Source: Ranitomeya imitator
Taxonomy: Eukaryota
Reading direction: 5' to 3'
DNA length: 64,000 nt
NCBI RefSeq assembly: GCF_032444005.1
Contig: NC_091285.1
Coordinates: 670,964,001 to 671,028,000, forward strand
A model generated the notes under the pieces. That model was given only the letters and a program-made list of their open reading frames with translations, was not told where the DNA came from and made no database searches. Both the position numbers and the translations under genes were made by a program. Below, in pieces: positions 34,573 through 52,480 of the stretch; positions within the stretch are counted from its first letter, which is position 1, and each line of letters opens with the position of its first letter.

Positions 34573-36957
34573 TCTACTATATAATTGTCTAAGGGTCACT
34601 TCCATCTGTCACGGTTATTCATTCGCTGACTGGTCTTGCCAGCTGCCTGTCATGGCTGCTGCGACCAATCAGCGACGGGCACAGTCCGGAAGAAAATGGC
34701 CGCTCCTTACTTCAGTAAGTGCCTGTCGCCCGCATACTCCCCTCCGGTCACCGCTAACACAAGGTTAATGCCGGTGGTAACACACTCCGTTACCGCCGCT
34801 ATTAACCCTGTGTGTCCCCAACTTTTTACTATTGACGCTGCCTATGCGGCATCAATAGTAAAAAATGTAATGTTAAAAAAAAAAAAAAAAAAAAACCCTG
34901 CTATATTCACCCTCCGTAGTCGCTTGCACCGGCTGCCATCTTCCGTTGCAGGTTCCGGAGGTAAAGATGGTATGGGAGAAGGACCTGCCATGACGTCACG
35001 GTCATGTGACCGTGACGTCATCACAGGACCTGCGCTAGAAAACCTGCCATGACGTCACGGTCATGTGACCGCGATGTCATCACTGGTCCTGCGCTCATAC
35101 CAACCCTGGGACCGGAAGCTGCCATGGACTACAAGGCTCCCTCAGAAAGGTGAGTATATATTTATTTTTTAACCTGTGACAAACCTGGCTGGGCAACATA
35201 CTACGTGGATCTGTGCTGTATACTACGTCACTGGGCAATATACTACATGGCTCTGTGCTGTATACTACGTCACTGGGCAATATACTATGTGGCTGCGCAA
35301 TATACGTCACTAGGCAATATACGAGTCTGGGCAATACACTACGTCACTGGGCAATGTCCGGGATTGACATCTGCACCGTTGCAGCTACAGCCACAAAATT
35401 TTCCACAGTCACACGTCTGGACCCCGAGAGCGTCATAGGCTATGTTGTGAGGTGAAATTTTAACCCCACGCGTTCCAATTCACCAAACAATTTTGCCCCT
35501 ATCCTCCCTGTTGGAGGCGAATTGACAGCTGCCAGATGTGAACAAGGGGGACTTAAAGAGTTTAAAGCGTGAGAGCGATGGCGCCAAAGTGTATATACCG
35601 TACAGTTGCTAAGGTGGGGCCCCGACATGGGATACTCACCACACACGGGGATATGAACACACACATAAAATGTGCCACACACTACCATGTGCTTGAACAC
35701 ATATACCACCCTCAGCACACATTTCACCACACATACACCAACCTCACCACATAAGTCGAAACACAAAAGTCACCACTCAAAACTCGCCACATGCAAAACT
35801 AGGCTCACGCAAAACTCACCTCATGGAAAACTCGCCACACGCAAAACTTGCACACGCGGTAAAAATGCCACATGCAGAAAAGTTGCAACACATGCAAAAC
35901 TTGCACATACTCAAAATGTACCACAAATGTACCATATAGGAAATCCGGCAGCTGTCAGTCACATGACCTGTCTATAATGTGTATGTGTGAGCTAATATAT
36001 ACTGCCAGGGGGAGGGCTTCCTGTTGGCTTGAGATTTATCAGGCTGCCAATTTAGATTAAAAATACTGACCAAATAACATGTGAACGAGGTCTAATACAG
36101 GAGGAGATGACATACAGCAGGTATATACTACATACAGGAGGAAATGACATACAGGTATAAACTATATACAAAAGGAGATGACACAGGTATATACTATATA
36201 CAGGAGGAGGTGACATACAGGTATATACTACATACAGGAGATGACACAGGTATATACAGGAGGAGAGGACACAGGTATATACTATATACAGGAGGAGATG
36301 ACATACAGGTTTATACTATATAAAAGAGGAGATGACATACAGCAGGTATATACAGGGGAGATGACATACAGGCATATACTATATACAGGAGGTGACATAC
36401 AGGTATATACTATATATAGGTGAGATGACACAGGTATATACTATATACAGGAGGAGATGACACAGGTTTATACTATATAAAAGAGATGACATACAGCAGG
36501 TATATACTATATACAGGGGAGATGACATACAGGCATATACTATATACAGGAGGTGACATACAGGTATAGACTATATACAGAAGAGATCACATAGGTATAT
36601 ACAATATACAGGAGGAGATGACATACAGCAGGTATATACTATATACAGGGGAGATGACCTACAGGTATATACTATATACAGGAGATGACATACAGGTGTA
36701 TACTATATATAAGGGAGATGACAAACATGTACGGTTATATACTGAGAGGAAAATGTGAGGTGAAAATGAGGGGTGTGAGTGCAAAATGAGAGGAGTGAGG
36801 GAAAATAGTGGAGTGATCAGAAAATGACAGATATGAGGTCGAAATGTCAAGTGTTAGGGGGAATGAGAGGAGTGAGGGGGGAAAATGAGAGGTGTGAGGT
36901 GCTATAACTAACCACAGATATTTACTATGCACAGGCAACGCCGGGCTCTTCAGCTAG
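34573..36957 (+). mobile_element. Non-autonomous Helitron carrying internal tandem arrays
   Basis: 5' A|TCTACTATATAA.. and 3' ..GGCAACGCCGGGCTCTTCAGCTAG|T; inserted between A and T with no TSD. Confidence 0.75.
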
Positions 36958-37379
36958 TCTTAATATAAATTAGAATGTTAATATTGATTGTATCATTCCA
37001 TATACAAAAAAATTAAGTATGCGGATATCCCTCTATATTCTGTATGAGCCCCCCACAAAATCTCTATATATGCCATGTGAGCCCCCACCTGGCCTCCAAT
37101 CATACAGTGTGAGCGCTCTATATACACTGCTCAAAAAATAAAGGGAACACTCTAAAATCCCACATCCTAGATATCACTGAATGAAATATTCCAGTTGTAT
37201 ATCTTTATTTATTACATAGTGGAATGTGTTGAGAACAATAAAACCTAAAAATTATCTATGTAAATCACAACTAATATCACACAGAGGTCTGGAGTTGGAA
37301 TGATGCTCAAAATCAAAGTGGAAAATGAAGTTACAGGTTGATCCAACTTCAGTGGAAATGCCTCAATACAAGGAAATGC

Positions 37380-38405
37380 TCAGTAGTGTGTGTGGCCTCC
37401 ACGTGCCTGTATAATCTCCCTACAACGCCTGGGTATGCTCCTGATGAGGCGGTGGATGGTCTACTGAGGGATCTCCTCCCAGACCTGGACTAAAGCATCC
37501 GCCAACTCCTGGACAGTCTGTGGTGCAACGTGATGTTGGTGGATGGTGCGAGACATGATGTCCCAGATGTGTTCAATCGGATTCTGGTCTGGAGAACGGG
37601 CGGGCCAGACCATAGCTTCAATGCCTTCATCTTGCAGGAACTGCTGACACACTCCAGCCACATGAGATCTGGCATTGTCCTGCATTAGGAGGAACCCAGG
37701 GCCAACCGCACCAGCATATGGTCTCACAAGGCGTCTGAGGATCTCATCTCGATACCTAATGGCAGTCAAGCTACCTCTGGCGAGCACATGGAGGGCTGTG
37801 CGGCCCTCCAAAGACATGCCACCCCACACCATTACTGACCCACTGCCAATCTGGTCATGCTGAAGGATGTTGCAGGCAGCAGATCGCTCTTCACGGCGTC
37901 TCCAGACTCTGTCACGTCTGACACATGTGCTCAGTGTGAACCTGCTTTCATCTGTGAAGAGGACAGGGCGCCAGTGGCAAATTTGCCAATCCTGGTGTTC
38001 TGTGGCAAATGCCAAGCGTCCTGCAAAGTATTGGGCTGTGCGCACAACCCCCATCTGTGGATGTTGGGCACTCAGACCATCCTCATGGAGTCGGTTTCTA
38101 ACCGTTTGTGCATACACATGCACATGTGTGGCCTGCTGGAGGTTATTTTGCAGGGCTCTGGCAGTGCTCCTCCTGTTCCTCCTTGCACAAAGGCTAAGGT
38201 AGCGGTCCTGCTGCTGGGTTGTTGCCCTCCTACGGCCCCCTCCACGTTTCCTGGTGTACTGGCCTGTCTCCTGGTAGCACCTCCAGCCTCTGGACACTAC
38301 GCTGACAGACACAGCAAACCTACTTGCCACAGCTCGCATTGATGTGCCATCCTCGATGAGCTGCACTACCTGAGCCACTTATGTGGGTTGTAGAGTCCGT
38401 CTCAT
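37380..38405 (-). pseudogene. DD34E Tc1 transposase pseudogene (2 in-frame stops, frame otherwise intact)
   Basis: ATG at 38405, TAA at codon 9, TAG at 37461-37463, natural stop at 37380-37382; FTDESRF, QDNARSH and NPIEHIW motifs with 34 residues between the second D and E. Confidence 0.9.
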
Positions 38406-38484
38406 GCAACCACGAGTGTGAAAGCACAACCAACATTCAAAAGTGACCAAAACATTATACATATACATATATATTATATATATA

Positions 38485-40096
38485 CAGGTCCTTCTCAAAA
38501 AATTAGCATATAGTGTTAAATTTCATTATTTACCATAATGTAATGATTACAATTAAACTTTCATATATTATAGATTCATTATCCACCAACTGAAATTTGT
38601 CAGGTCTTTTATTGTTTTAATACTGATGATTTTGGCATACAACTCCTGATAACCCAAAAAACCTGTCTCAATAAATTAGCATATCAAGAAAAGGTTCTCT
38701 AAACGACCTATTACCCTAATCTTCTGAATCAACTAATTAACTCTAAACACATGCAAAAGATACCTGAGGCTTTTATAAACTCCCTGCCTGGTTCATTACT
38801 CAAAACCCCCATCATGGGTAAGACTAGCGACCTGACAGATGTCAAGAAGGCCATCACTGACACCCTCAAGCAAGAGGGTAAGACCCAGAAAGAAATTTCT
38901 CAACAAATAGGCTGTTCCCAGAGTGCTGTATCAAGGCACCTCAATGGTAAGTCTGTTGGAAGGAAACAATGTGGCAGAAAACGCTGTACAACGAGAAGAG
39001 GAGACCGGACCCTGAGGAAGATTGTGGAGAAGGACCGATTCCAGACCTTGGGGAACCTGAGGAAGCAGTGGACTGAGTCTGGTGTGGAAACATCCAGAGC
39101 CACCGTGCACAGGCGTGTGCAGGAAATGGGCTACAGGTGCCGCATTCCCCAGGTAAAGCCACTTTTGAACCATAAACAGCGGCAGAGGCGCCTGACCTGG
39201 GCTACAGAGAAGCAGCACTGGACTGTTGCTAAGTGGTCCCAAGTACTTTTTTCTGATGAAAGCAAATTTTGCATGTCATTCGGAAATCAAGGTGCCAGAG
39301 TCTGGAGGAAGACTGGGGAGAAGGAAATGCCAAAATGCCTGAAGTCCAGTGTCAAGTACCCACAGTCAGTGATGGTGTGGGGTGCCATGTCAGCTGCTGG
39401 TGTTGGTCCACTGTGTTTCATCAAGGGCAGGGTCAATGCAGCTAGCTATCAGGAGATTTTGGAGCACTTCATGCTTCCATCGGCTGAAATGCTTTATGGA
39501 GATGAAGATTTCATTTTTCAGCACGACCTGGCACCTGCTCACAGTGCCAAAACCACTGGTAAATGGTTTACTGACCATGGTATTACTGTGCTCAATTGGC
39601 CTGCCAACTCTCCTGACCTGAACCCCATAGAGAATCTGTGGGATATTGTGAAGAGAAAGTTGAGAGACGCAAGACCCAACACTCTGGATGAGCTTAAGGC
39701 CGCTATTGAAGCATCCTGGGCCTCCATAACATCTCAGCAGTGTCACAGGCTGATTGCCTCCATGCCACGCCGCATTGAAGCAGTCATTTCTGCCAAAGGA
39801 TTCCCGACCAAGTATTGAGTGCATAACTGATCATTATTATTTGATGGTTTTTTTGTTTGTTATTAAAAAACACTTTTATTTGATTGGATGGGTGAAATAT
39901 GCTAATTTATTGAGACAGGTTTTTTGGGTTATCAGGAGTTGTATGCCAAAATCATCAGTATTAAAACAATAAAAGACCTGACAAATTTCAGTTGGTGGAT
40001 AATGAATCTATAATATATGAAAGTTTAATTGTAATCATTACATTATGGTAAATAATGAAATTTAACACTATATGCTAATTTTTTGAGAAGGACCTG
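38485..40096 (+). mobile_element. Apparently intact Tc1 transposon, 1612 bp, 200-bp TIRs (IR/DR type), TA TSD
   Basis: TIRs 38485-38684 and 39897-40096 show no mismatch by eye; AATTAGCATAT repeats at both ends of each TIR; TA on both flanks. Confidence 0.95.
38814..39818 (+). CDS. Tc1 DD34E transposase, uninterrupted 334 aa
   Basis: MGKTSDLT.. with paired-like HTH (GCSQSAVSRH), GRKR motif, FSDESKF, FQHDLAPAH and NSPDLNPIENLW (34-residue D-E spacing counted), ending ..KGFPTKY*. Confidence 0.93.
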   Translation: MGKTSDLTDVKKAITDTLKQEGKTQKEISQQIGCSQSAVSRHLNGKSVGRKQCGRKRCTTRRGDRTLRKIVEKDRFQTLGNLRKQWTESGVETSRATVHRRVQEMGYRCRIPQVKPLLNHKQRQRRLTWATEKQHWTVAKWSQVLFSDESKFCMSFGNQGARVWRKTGEKEMPKCLKSSVKYPQSVMVWGAMSAAGVGPLCFIKGRVNAASYQEILEHFMLPSAEMLYGDEDFIFQHDLAPAHSAKTTGKWFTDHGITVLNWPANSPDLNPIENLWDIVKRKLRDARPNTLDELKAAIEASWASITSQQCHRLIASMPRRIEAVISAKGFPTKY

Positions 40097-40159
40097 TACA
40101 TATATATATATATATATATATTATGCTGTTTAAGTGTTCCCTTTATTTTTTTGAGATAA

Positions 40160-40204
<45 letters not shown>

Positions 40205-40726
40205 AAAAAAACACATGCTCACCCCACTCCTGTCTCTTGTGCACGGAGTCTCGGCAGCATGTGATGAAATGATGTCCTTGTACCTGCTGTCTCAGACGCT
40301 GATTTGTAGAAGATGGAGCTGACCAAGCAGAGCAATGGGGGAGCTGGCCATCGTATCAATGATTACTCATGTGTATGGGAGGGCTCGCTGCCTTCTTTTT
40401 CTATAGGGTCCTGGACAGGAGACCACTCTATATACAAAGGGCTTGTCTGAGATTTGGAAAAAAAACATTTCTGCTTTCTTCCAACACATGCTTGTGTTTA
40501 GTACTGCAGCCGCATCACCTCAATGAAGCTGTAATCCCACCTGTGACCCAAGGACAGGGATGGCGCTGTGCTGGAAGAGTTTTAATATTTAGTACGAACC
40601 TTTCATTTAAAAGGATTGTCTACCCGATTTTTTATTTTTTTTTTCCAGAATGCTGACCCATCCTTAAACTTTAAGTATCCGTGCAGCCCGGCTCTTACAC
40701 CACCCTGGTATAATAAAATCCACTAT

Positions 40727-41341
40727 ATTATTATTATTATTATTTATTTCTATAGCACCATTGATTCCATGGTGCTGTACATGAGAAGGGGTTACATACA
40801 AGTTACAAATATCACATACAGTAAACAAACTAACAATGACGGACTGATACAGAGGGGCGAGGACCCTGCCCTTGCGGGATGGTGGGGAAGGAGACAGTAG
40901 GTTGAGGGTTGCAGGAGCTCTGGTGTTGGTGAGGCGGTAGCTCCGGTGTTGGTGAGGCGGTAGCTCCGGTGTTGGTGAGGCGGTAGCTCCGGTGTTGGTG
41001 AGGCGGTAGCTCAGGTGTTGGTGAGGCGGTAGCTCCGGTGTTGGTGAGGCGGTAGCTCAGGTGTTGGTGAGGCGGTAGCTTCGTTGGTGATGAGGCAGCA
41101 GCGGGGTCAGTGCAGGCTGTAGGCTTTCCTGAAGAGATGGGTTTTCAGGTTCCGTCTGAAGGATCCAACTGTGGTTGATAGTTGGACGTGTTGGGGCAGA
41201 GAGTTCCAGAGGATGGGGGATATTCGGGAGAAGTCTTGGAGGCGATTGGATGAGGAGTGAATAAGTGTGGAGGAGAGAAGGAGGTCTTGGGAGGACCGGA
41301 GGTCACGTGAGGGAAGATATCGAGAGATTAGTTCAGAGATT
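40727..41341 (-). mobile_element. L2-group LINE 3' fragment with an internal 23-bp tandem expansion (~40915-41080)
   Basis: Homologous to 3600-4287; array unit GTAGCTCCGGTGTTGGTGAGGCG, period 40937 to 40960. Confidence 0.82.
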
Positions 41342-41344
41342 CAC

Positions 41345-41376
<32 letters not shown>

Positions 41377-41470
41377 CTTTATTTTTATATAGCGCTAACA
41401 TATTCCGCAGCGCTTTACAGTTTGCACACATTACTATATGAAAACAGTTACAGAAAAGGGAAAACTTTAA

Positions 41471-42189
41471 CCCCTTCGTGACCGCCAATACGTCTTTTTA
41501 CTGACCTGAAATATAAGAGACAGTTCGTGGCCTTAGCGTCTGACGGCTGTTGTAACCTGTTCAGAAGTTATCATCATTTAGGAGGTAAAAATACATATTT
41601 TCATTCCTGTCATGTCACTTTGCATTAATTCCTGAAAATCACCTGAAGGGTTAATAAACTACCTGACTGCAGTTTTCAATGTCCAGGGGTGCTGCTTTTA
41701 AAATGGTATAACTTTGGGGGGTTTCCAATATATAAGGCCCCAAAAGCCACTTCAAACCTGGAGAGGTCCCCAAAAAAAAAAAAAAATTTGTAAATTTACA
41801 TAGAAAAAAGGAAAAATTACAGCTACATCTTTAATCCTCCTAAAATGCTAACAAAATCAAATAACAGTATACAAATGGTGCTGATGTATATCCGACATGT
41901 GGTAAATGTTATTTATTAATGTTTTGCTGTGGTATGACTATCTTGATTAAAGAGATAATCATTCAAAGTTTGGAAATTGCATTTTTTTCTACATTTGTCA
42001 ATTTTTTTTATATTTTTTTTTTTATAAATAAGCAAAACATATCGGCCTAAATTTACCATTATCATAAAGTACAATGTGTCTCGAAAAAGCAGTCTCCAAA
42101 TCAATGGGATCTGTTGAAGCGTTCCAGAGTTATTACCACATAAAATGACACTGGTCAGATTTAAATAATTTGGCCCCGTCACTAAGGGG
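41471..42189. mobile_element. piggyBac-like non-autonomous element
   Basis: TTAA|CCCCTTCGTGAC...GTCACTAAGGGG|TTAA. Confidence 0.8.
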
Positions 42190-43059
42190 TTAAATAAATT
42201 TTAGTAATTAACTGTGGTCATAACAGAATGAAATAAAAAAAAAAAATTTGTGGGGGGGGAACTTATTTCCAACACAGAAAAGGTGAAGTAAAAGATTTAA
42301 CCTGTACAAACCAATTTGGGGTAAAACTTTGTACATTTTTGTTTTGTACGGTCAAAACAAGTCTCCTGTAATTCTAAGAGAAAAGTTAGCCAAAAAGTAC
42401 AAACCAAGAAGATGCACCAGCACGAAAAACTTCCAGAAACTTGACCAGACGATGGCGCTGCTCTACGCGGCTCCCGTCAGGAGTACCGGCCCTCTGATGA
42501 AATCCACGTAAAGGGCTTTTCCCATCGTCCCATATGTCGATAGTGCTAGTAAAATTAATTTATGGCTAGTGAGAGTAACACTTCTCTTTACCACTCGTTG
42601 CCTATGAGACCGACCACCGCTGATATTTCGTTTACTAGTGAAGCTGATCGGGATATGGAGGTAACGGCGCTCCCCAACGATCCTGTCCAGCTGTAAAATA
42701 GTGCTTACAAGCCCAATAGGGAAGAGCTTGTAAGCGCTGCACACTTTATGCTGTCTAGCAGCGGTGGCCGGAAAAAGAAACGACACCACAATATCTGAAG
42801 ATAATTTTATTTTCAATTTTTTTTCCTTTACCTGCCCTACAAGCCAGAAGCTATGGGGACCTGAGAAAGATCCCTCTGCCCAGTTCATACTGGTTGTGAG
42901 AAATCCGCCTTTTTTCTGCCAGCAGGGGGCAGTATAATGTGAATTATACACTAATGTCCAACAGTCCGGCCCCATCCAATGATCGGGGTCTCCTGTGGGT
43001 GAGGACGCTGCCAGGCTACGGCTCGGTGTGACCGGTCGCTGCACAGTCCTGCCTCTCCT

Positions 43060-47875
<4,816 letters not shown>

Positions 47876-47879
47876 GTTT

Positions 47880-48110
47880 TTGAAGACCTCCTGGTTAGCA
47901 GAAACAAATACCGGCCCCGGAAAAATGGCTCCAGTGACAGAGACACAAATTTCAGGAAAGAGATGCAAAGGGGGGAAGTGACGTCAGGCAGGGCTCTTTG
48001 AAGCCTGATTGGTCGCCGCCATGTCAGTTGCTGGCAAGTCATGTGGTGTGAGAGGCGTGTTGCTATGGTAACGAGCGCAGTGTACTGAACGCCTGTATAT
48101 TTACAGAGGC
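47880..48110. promoter_or_regulatory. CLPP promoter region
   Basis: CpG-rich; ETS/CRE-like GGAAGTGACGTCA (~47984-47996), CCAAT (TGATTGG ~48006), YY1-like GCCGCCAT and RFX X-box GTTGCTATGGTAAC at 48059-48072. Confidence 0.65.
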
Positions 48111-48334
48111 GGCTACTACTTGTTAACCGCAATTTTATTGTAGCTGTGTAGGTGACAAAGTGTCAGTGTGTGGCTATGGCGGACTAGAAGCAGATAGACG
48201 CTACTACGGATATCATTCATGACATGTTTTACTTCACCACCAGCAAGTTGGAGTAGTCACCCACTTCCTGTTTTGCATGTTACTAGGCAACAGCCAGAGC
48301 CTAGAAAAGATTGTGCCCAGAGTGAACTCCTGAC

Positions 48335-51300
48335 TGCGCCTGCACATCTCACCCGCACTTCTCACTGCTCGCCCGCACCTCTCACTGCTCGCCCGCACTT
48401 ATCACTGTTTGCCCGCACCACTCGCTCACACTTCTCATTCCTCGCCCGCACTTATCACTGTTTGCCCGCACCACTCGCTCACACTTCTCATTCCTCGCCC
48501 GCACTTATCACTGTTTGCCCGCACCACTCGCCCGCACTTCTCATTCCTCGCCCGCACCTCTCACTCCTCATTTGCCTGCACCTCTCACTGCTTGCCCGCA
48601 CCTCTCACCGCTCGCCCGCACTTATCACTGTTCACCCGCACCTCTCACCCGCACCTCTCACTGCTCGCCCGCACTTATCACTTCTCACCCGCACCTCTCA
48701 CCCGCACCTCTCACTGCTCGCCCGCACTTATCACTTCTCACCCGCACCTCTCACCCGCACCTCTCACTGCTCGCCCACAGCGCTCGTCCGCACCTCTCAC
48801 CGTTCGTCCGCACCTCTCACCCGCGCCTCTCACTACTCGCAAACGCCTCTAACAGCTCACCCGCACCTGTCACCCTCACTGCTCGCCCGCACTTATCACT
48901 GTTCACCCGCACCTCTCACTCCTCGCCAACACCGCTCGCCCGCACCTCTCACCGCTCGCCCGCACCTCTCACTCCTCGCCAACACCGCTCGCCCGCACCT
49001 CTCACCGCTCGCCCGCACCTCTCACCGCTCGCCCGCACCACTCGCCCACACCTCTAACTCCTCGCCCGCACCTCTCACCGCTCGCCCGCACTTATCACTG
49101 TTAGCCCGCACCTCTCACCGCTCGCCCGCACCACTCGCCCGCCCCTCTCACTCCTCGCCCGCACCACTAGCCCGCACCTCTCACTCATCGCCCGCACCTC
49201 TCCTCGCCCGCACCTCTCACTCCTCGCCTGCACCTCTCACTCCTCGCCCGCACCTCTCACCGCTCGCCCGCACCTCTCACTGCTCGCCCGCACTTATCAC
49301 TGTTCACCCGCACCTCTCACACGCACCTCTCACCCACACCTCTCACTGTTCGCCCGCACTTATCACTGTTCGCCCACACCTCTCACTCCTCGCCCACACC
49401 GCTCGCCCGCGCCTCTCACCGTTCGCCCGCATCTCTCACTGCTCGCCCACACCTTTAACAGCTCGCCCGCACCTCTCACCCTCACTGCTCGCCCGCACTT
49501 ATCACTGTTCACCCGCACCACTCGCCCGCACCTCTCACTCCTCGCCCACACCGCTCGCCCGCGCCTCTCACTGTTCGCTCGCACCTCTCACCCGTGCCTC
49601 TCACTACTCACAAACGCCTCTAACAGCTCGCCCGCACCTCTCACCGCTCGCCCGCACCTGTCACCCTCACTGCTCGCCCGCACTTATCACTGTTCACCCA
49701 CACCACTCGCCCACACCTCTCACTCCTCGCCCACAGCGCTCGTCCGCGCCTCTCACCGTTCGCCCGCACCTCTCACCCGCGCCTCTCATTGCTTGCCCAC
49801 GCCTTTAACAGCTCGCCCGCACCTCTCACCCTCACTGCTCGCCCGCACTTATCACTGTTCACCCGCACCACTCGCCCGCACCTCTCACTCCTCGCCAACA
49901 CCGCTCGCCCGCGCCTCTCACTACTTGCCCACGCCTCTCACCCTCACTGCTCGCCCGCACTTATCACTGTTCACCCACACCGCTCGCCCGTGCCTCTCAC
50001 CGTTCGCCCGCATCTCTCACTGCTCGCCCGCACCTCTCACCGCTCGCCCTTATCACTGTTTGCCCGCACCACTCGCCTGCACTTCTCATTCCTCGCCCGC
50101 ACCTCTCACCCCTCGTTTTCCCTCACCTCTCACTGGTCCCTGCAACTATCACCCCTTGTTTGCCCTCACCTCTCACCCACACTTCTCACCGCTCGCCCGC
50201 ACCTCTCACCGCTCGCCCGCACCTTTCACCGCTCGCCCGCACTTATCACTGCTTGCCCGCACCACTCGCCCACACTTCTCATTCCTCGCCCACACTTATC
50301 ACTGTTTGCCCGCACCACTCGCCCGCACTTCTCATTCCTCGCCCGCACCTCTCACTCCTCATTTGCCTGCACCTCTCACTGCTTGCCCGCACCTCTCACT
50401 GCTCGCCACGCCTCTCATCGCTCGCTCGTGCCACTCACTGCTCGCCTGTACTTATCACTGCTCGTCCGCACTTATTATTATTATTATACATTTTTATAGC
50501 GCCATTTATTCCATGGTGCTTTACATGTGAGGAGGGGTATACATAATAAAAACAAGTACAGAACAATATAAGTCAAAATGGTACAGGAGGAGAGAGGACC
50601 CTGCCCGCGAGGGCTCACAATCTACAAGGGATGGGTGAGAATACAGTAGGTGAGGATAGAACTGGTCGTGCAGTGGTTTGGTCGATCGGTGGTTACTGCA
50701 GGCTGTAGGCTTGTCGGAAGAGGTGGGTCTTCAGGTTCTTTTTGAAGGTTTCGATGGTAGGTGAGAGTCTGATGTGTTGTGGTAGAGGGTTCCAGATTAG
50801 GGGATGATGTGAGAGAGAAATCTTGGATGGGATTGTGGGAAGAGGAGATAAGAGGGGAGTAGAGAAGGAGATCTTGTGAGGATCGGAGGTTGCGTGCAGG
50901 AAAGTACCGGGAGACGAGGTCACAGATGTATGGAGGACAAAGGCTGTGGATGGCTTTGTATGTCATAGTAAGGGTTTTGAACTGGAGTGTCTGGACAATA
51001 GGAAACCAGTGAAGGGCTTGGCAGAGAGGAGAGGCTGGCGAATAACCCGTTCGCCCGCACCACTCGCCCGCACTTCTCACTCCTCGGCCACACCTCTCAC
51101 CACTCGCCTCTCACTGTTCGCCCGGACCTCTCACTGCTCACTTGCACTTATCACCACTCACCTACACTTTTCACTCCTCACCCGCACCTTTCACTCACCG
51201 CTCTCACCTCTCACCCATGCCTCTCACTGCTTGCTCACACCTCTCGCCGCTCACCTGCGGCTCTCACCCCTCACCCACGCCTCTCACCGCTCACCTGCAC

Positions 51301-52480
51301 CCCGCACCACTCACCCACGCCTCTCACCACTCGCCCGTGCCTCTCACTGCTTGCTCACGCCTCTCACCGCTCACCCGCACCTCACCGCTTGCCTGCGCCT
51401 CTCACCCCTCGCCCACGCCTCTCACTGCTTACCTGCGCCCCTCAACGCTCGCCCGCGCCGATCATGACTTGCCCGTGCCTCTCACCTGCCCCCTCACCGC
51501 TCGCTCGTGCCTCTCACCCCTCTCACTGCTTGCTCACGCCTCTCACCGCTCGCCCACACCTCACCGCTTGCCTGCGCCTCTCACCCCTCGCCCACACCTC
51601 TCACGTCTTACCTGCGCCCCTCACCGCTCGCCCCCGCCTCTCACCACTCGCCCGTGCCTCTCACCCCTATCACTGCTTGCTGACGCCTCTCACCGCTCGC
51701 CCGCACCTCACCGCTTGCTTGCGCCTCTCACCCCTCGCCCATACCTCTCACCCCTCGCCCACACCTCTCACTGCTTACCTGCACCCCTTAACGCTCGCCC
51801 GTGCCTCACCACTCGCCCGTGCCTCTCACCACTCTCACTGCTTGCTCACGCCTCTCACCGCTTGCCCGCGCCTCTCACCGCTTGCCCGCGCCTCTCACCC
51901 CTCGCCCACGCCTCACCGCTTACCTGCGCCTCTCACCACTTGCCCGCGCCTCTCACCACTCTCACTGCTTGCTCACGCCTCTCACCGCTCACCCGCACCT
52001 CACCGCTTGCCCGCGCCTCTCACCCCTCGCCCGCGCCTCTTGCCTGCAACCCTCACCACTCGCCCGCGCCTCTCACCACTCGCCCGTGCCTCTCACCACT
52101 CTAACTGCTTGCTCACGCCTCTCACCACTCGCCTGCACCCCTCACCACTCGCCCATGCCCTGGACGGCTCGCCTGTGCCTCTCACCGCTTTCACCACTCG
52201 CCCGCGCCTCTCACCACTCGCCCATGCCTCTCACTGCTTGCTCACGCCTCTCACCGCCCGCACCGCTTGCCCGCGCCCCTCACCCCTCGCCCACACCTCT
52301 CGCCTGCACCCCTCACCACTCGCCCGCGCCTCTCACCACTCGCCCGCGCCTCTCACCACTCTCACTGCTCGCCTGCACCCCTCACCACTTGCCCACGCCT
52401 CGGACCGCTCGCCTGTGCCTCTCACCGCTTTCACCACTCGCCCGTGCCTCTCACCGCTCGCCCGCACCTCTCACTGCTTA
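48335..52480. repeat. Highly degenerate C-rich ~20-bp tandem array (CCTCTCACTGCTCGCCCGCA), split by an L2 fragment
   Basis: Read directly; produces low-complexity H/P/L/S/A/R pseudo-ORFs in all frames. Confidence 0.92.
50470..51040 (-). mobile_element. L2-group LINE 3' fragment
   Basis: Minus ORF ..LHWFPIVQTLQFKTLTMTYKAIH..RNLRSSQDLLLYSPLISSSH..KTHLFRQAYSLQ*; homologous to 3600-4287. Confidence 0.87.

Larger units (their letters stand above)
37125..40155 (-). mobile_element. Older Tc1-like element (TIR CACTGCTCAAAAAATAAAGGGAACACT) hosting a second Tc1
   Basis: Left TIR at 37125 after TA; partial right TIR AGTGTTCCCTTTATTTTTTTGAG at 40133-40155. Confidence 0.88.

Noticed and set aside
42494-42520. 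CTGATGA hammerhead-like core
   Set aside because: No stem II or GAAA follows.
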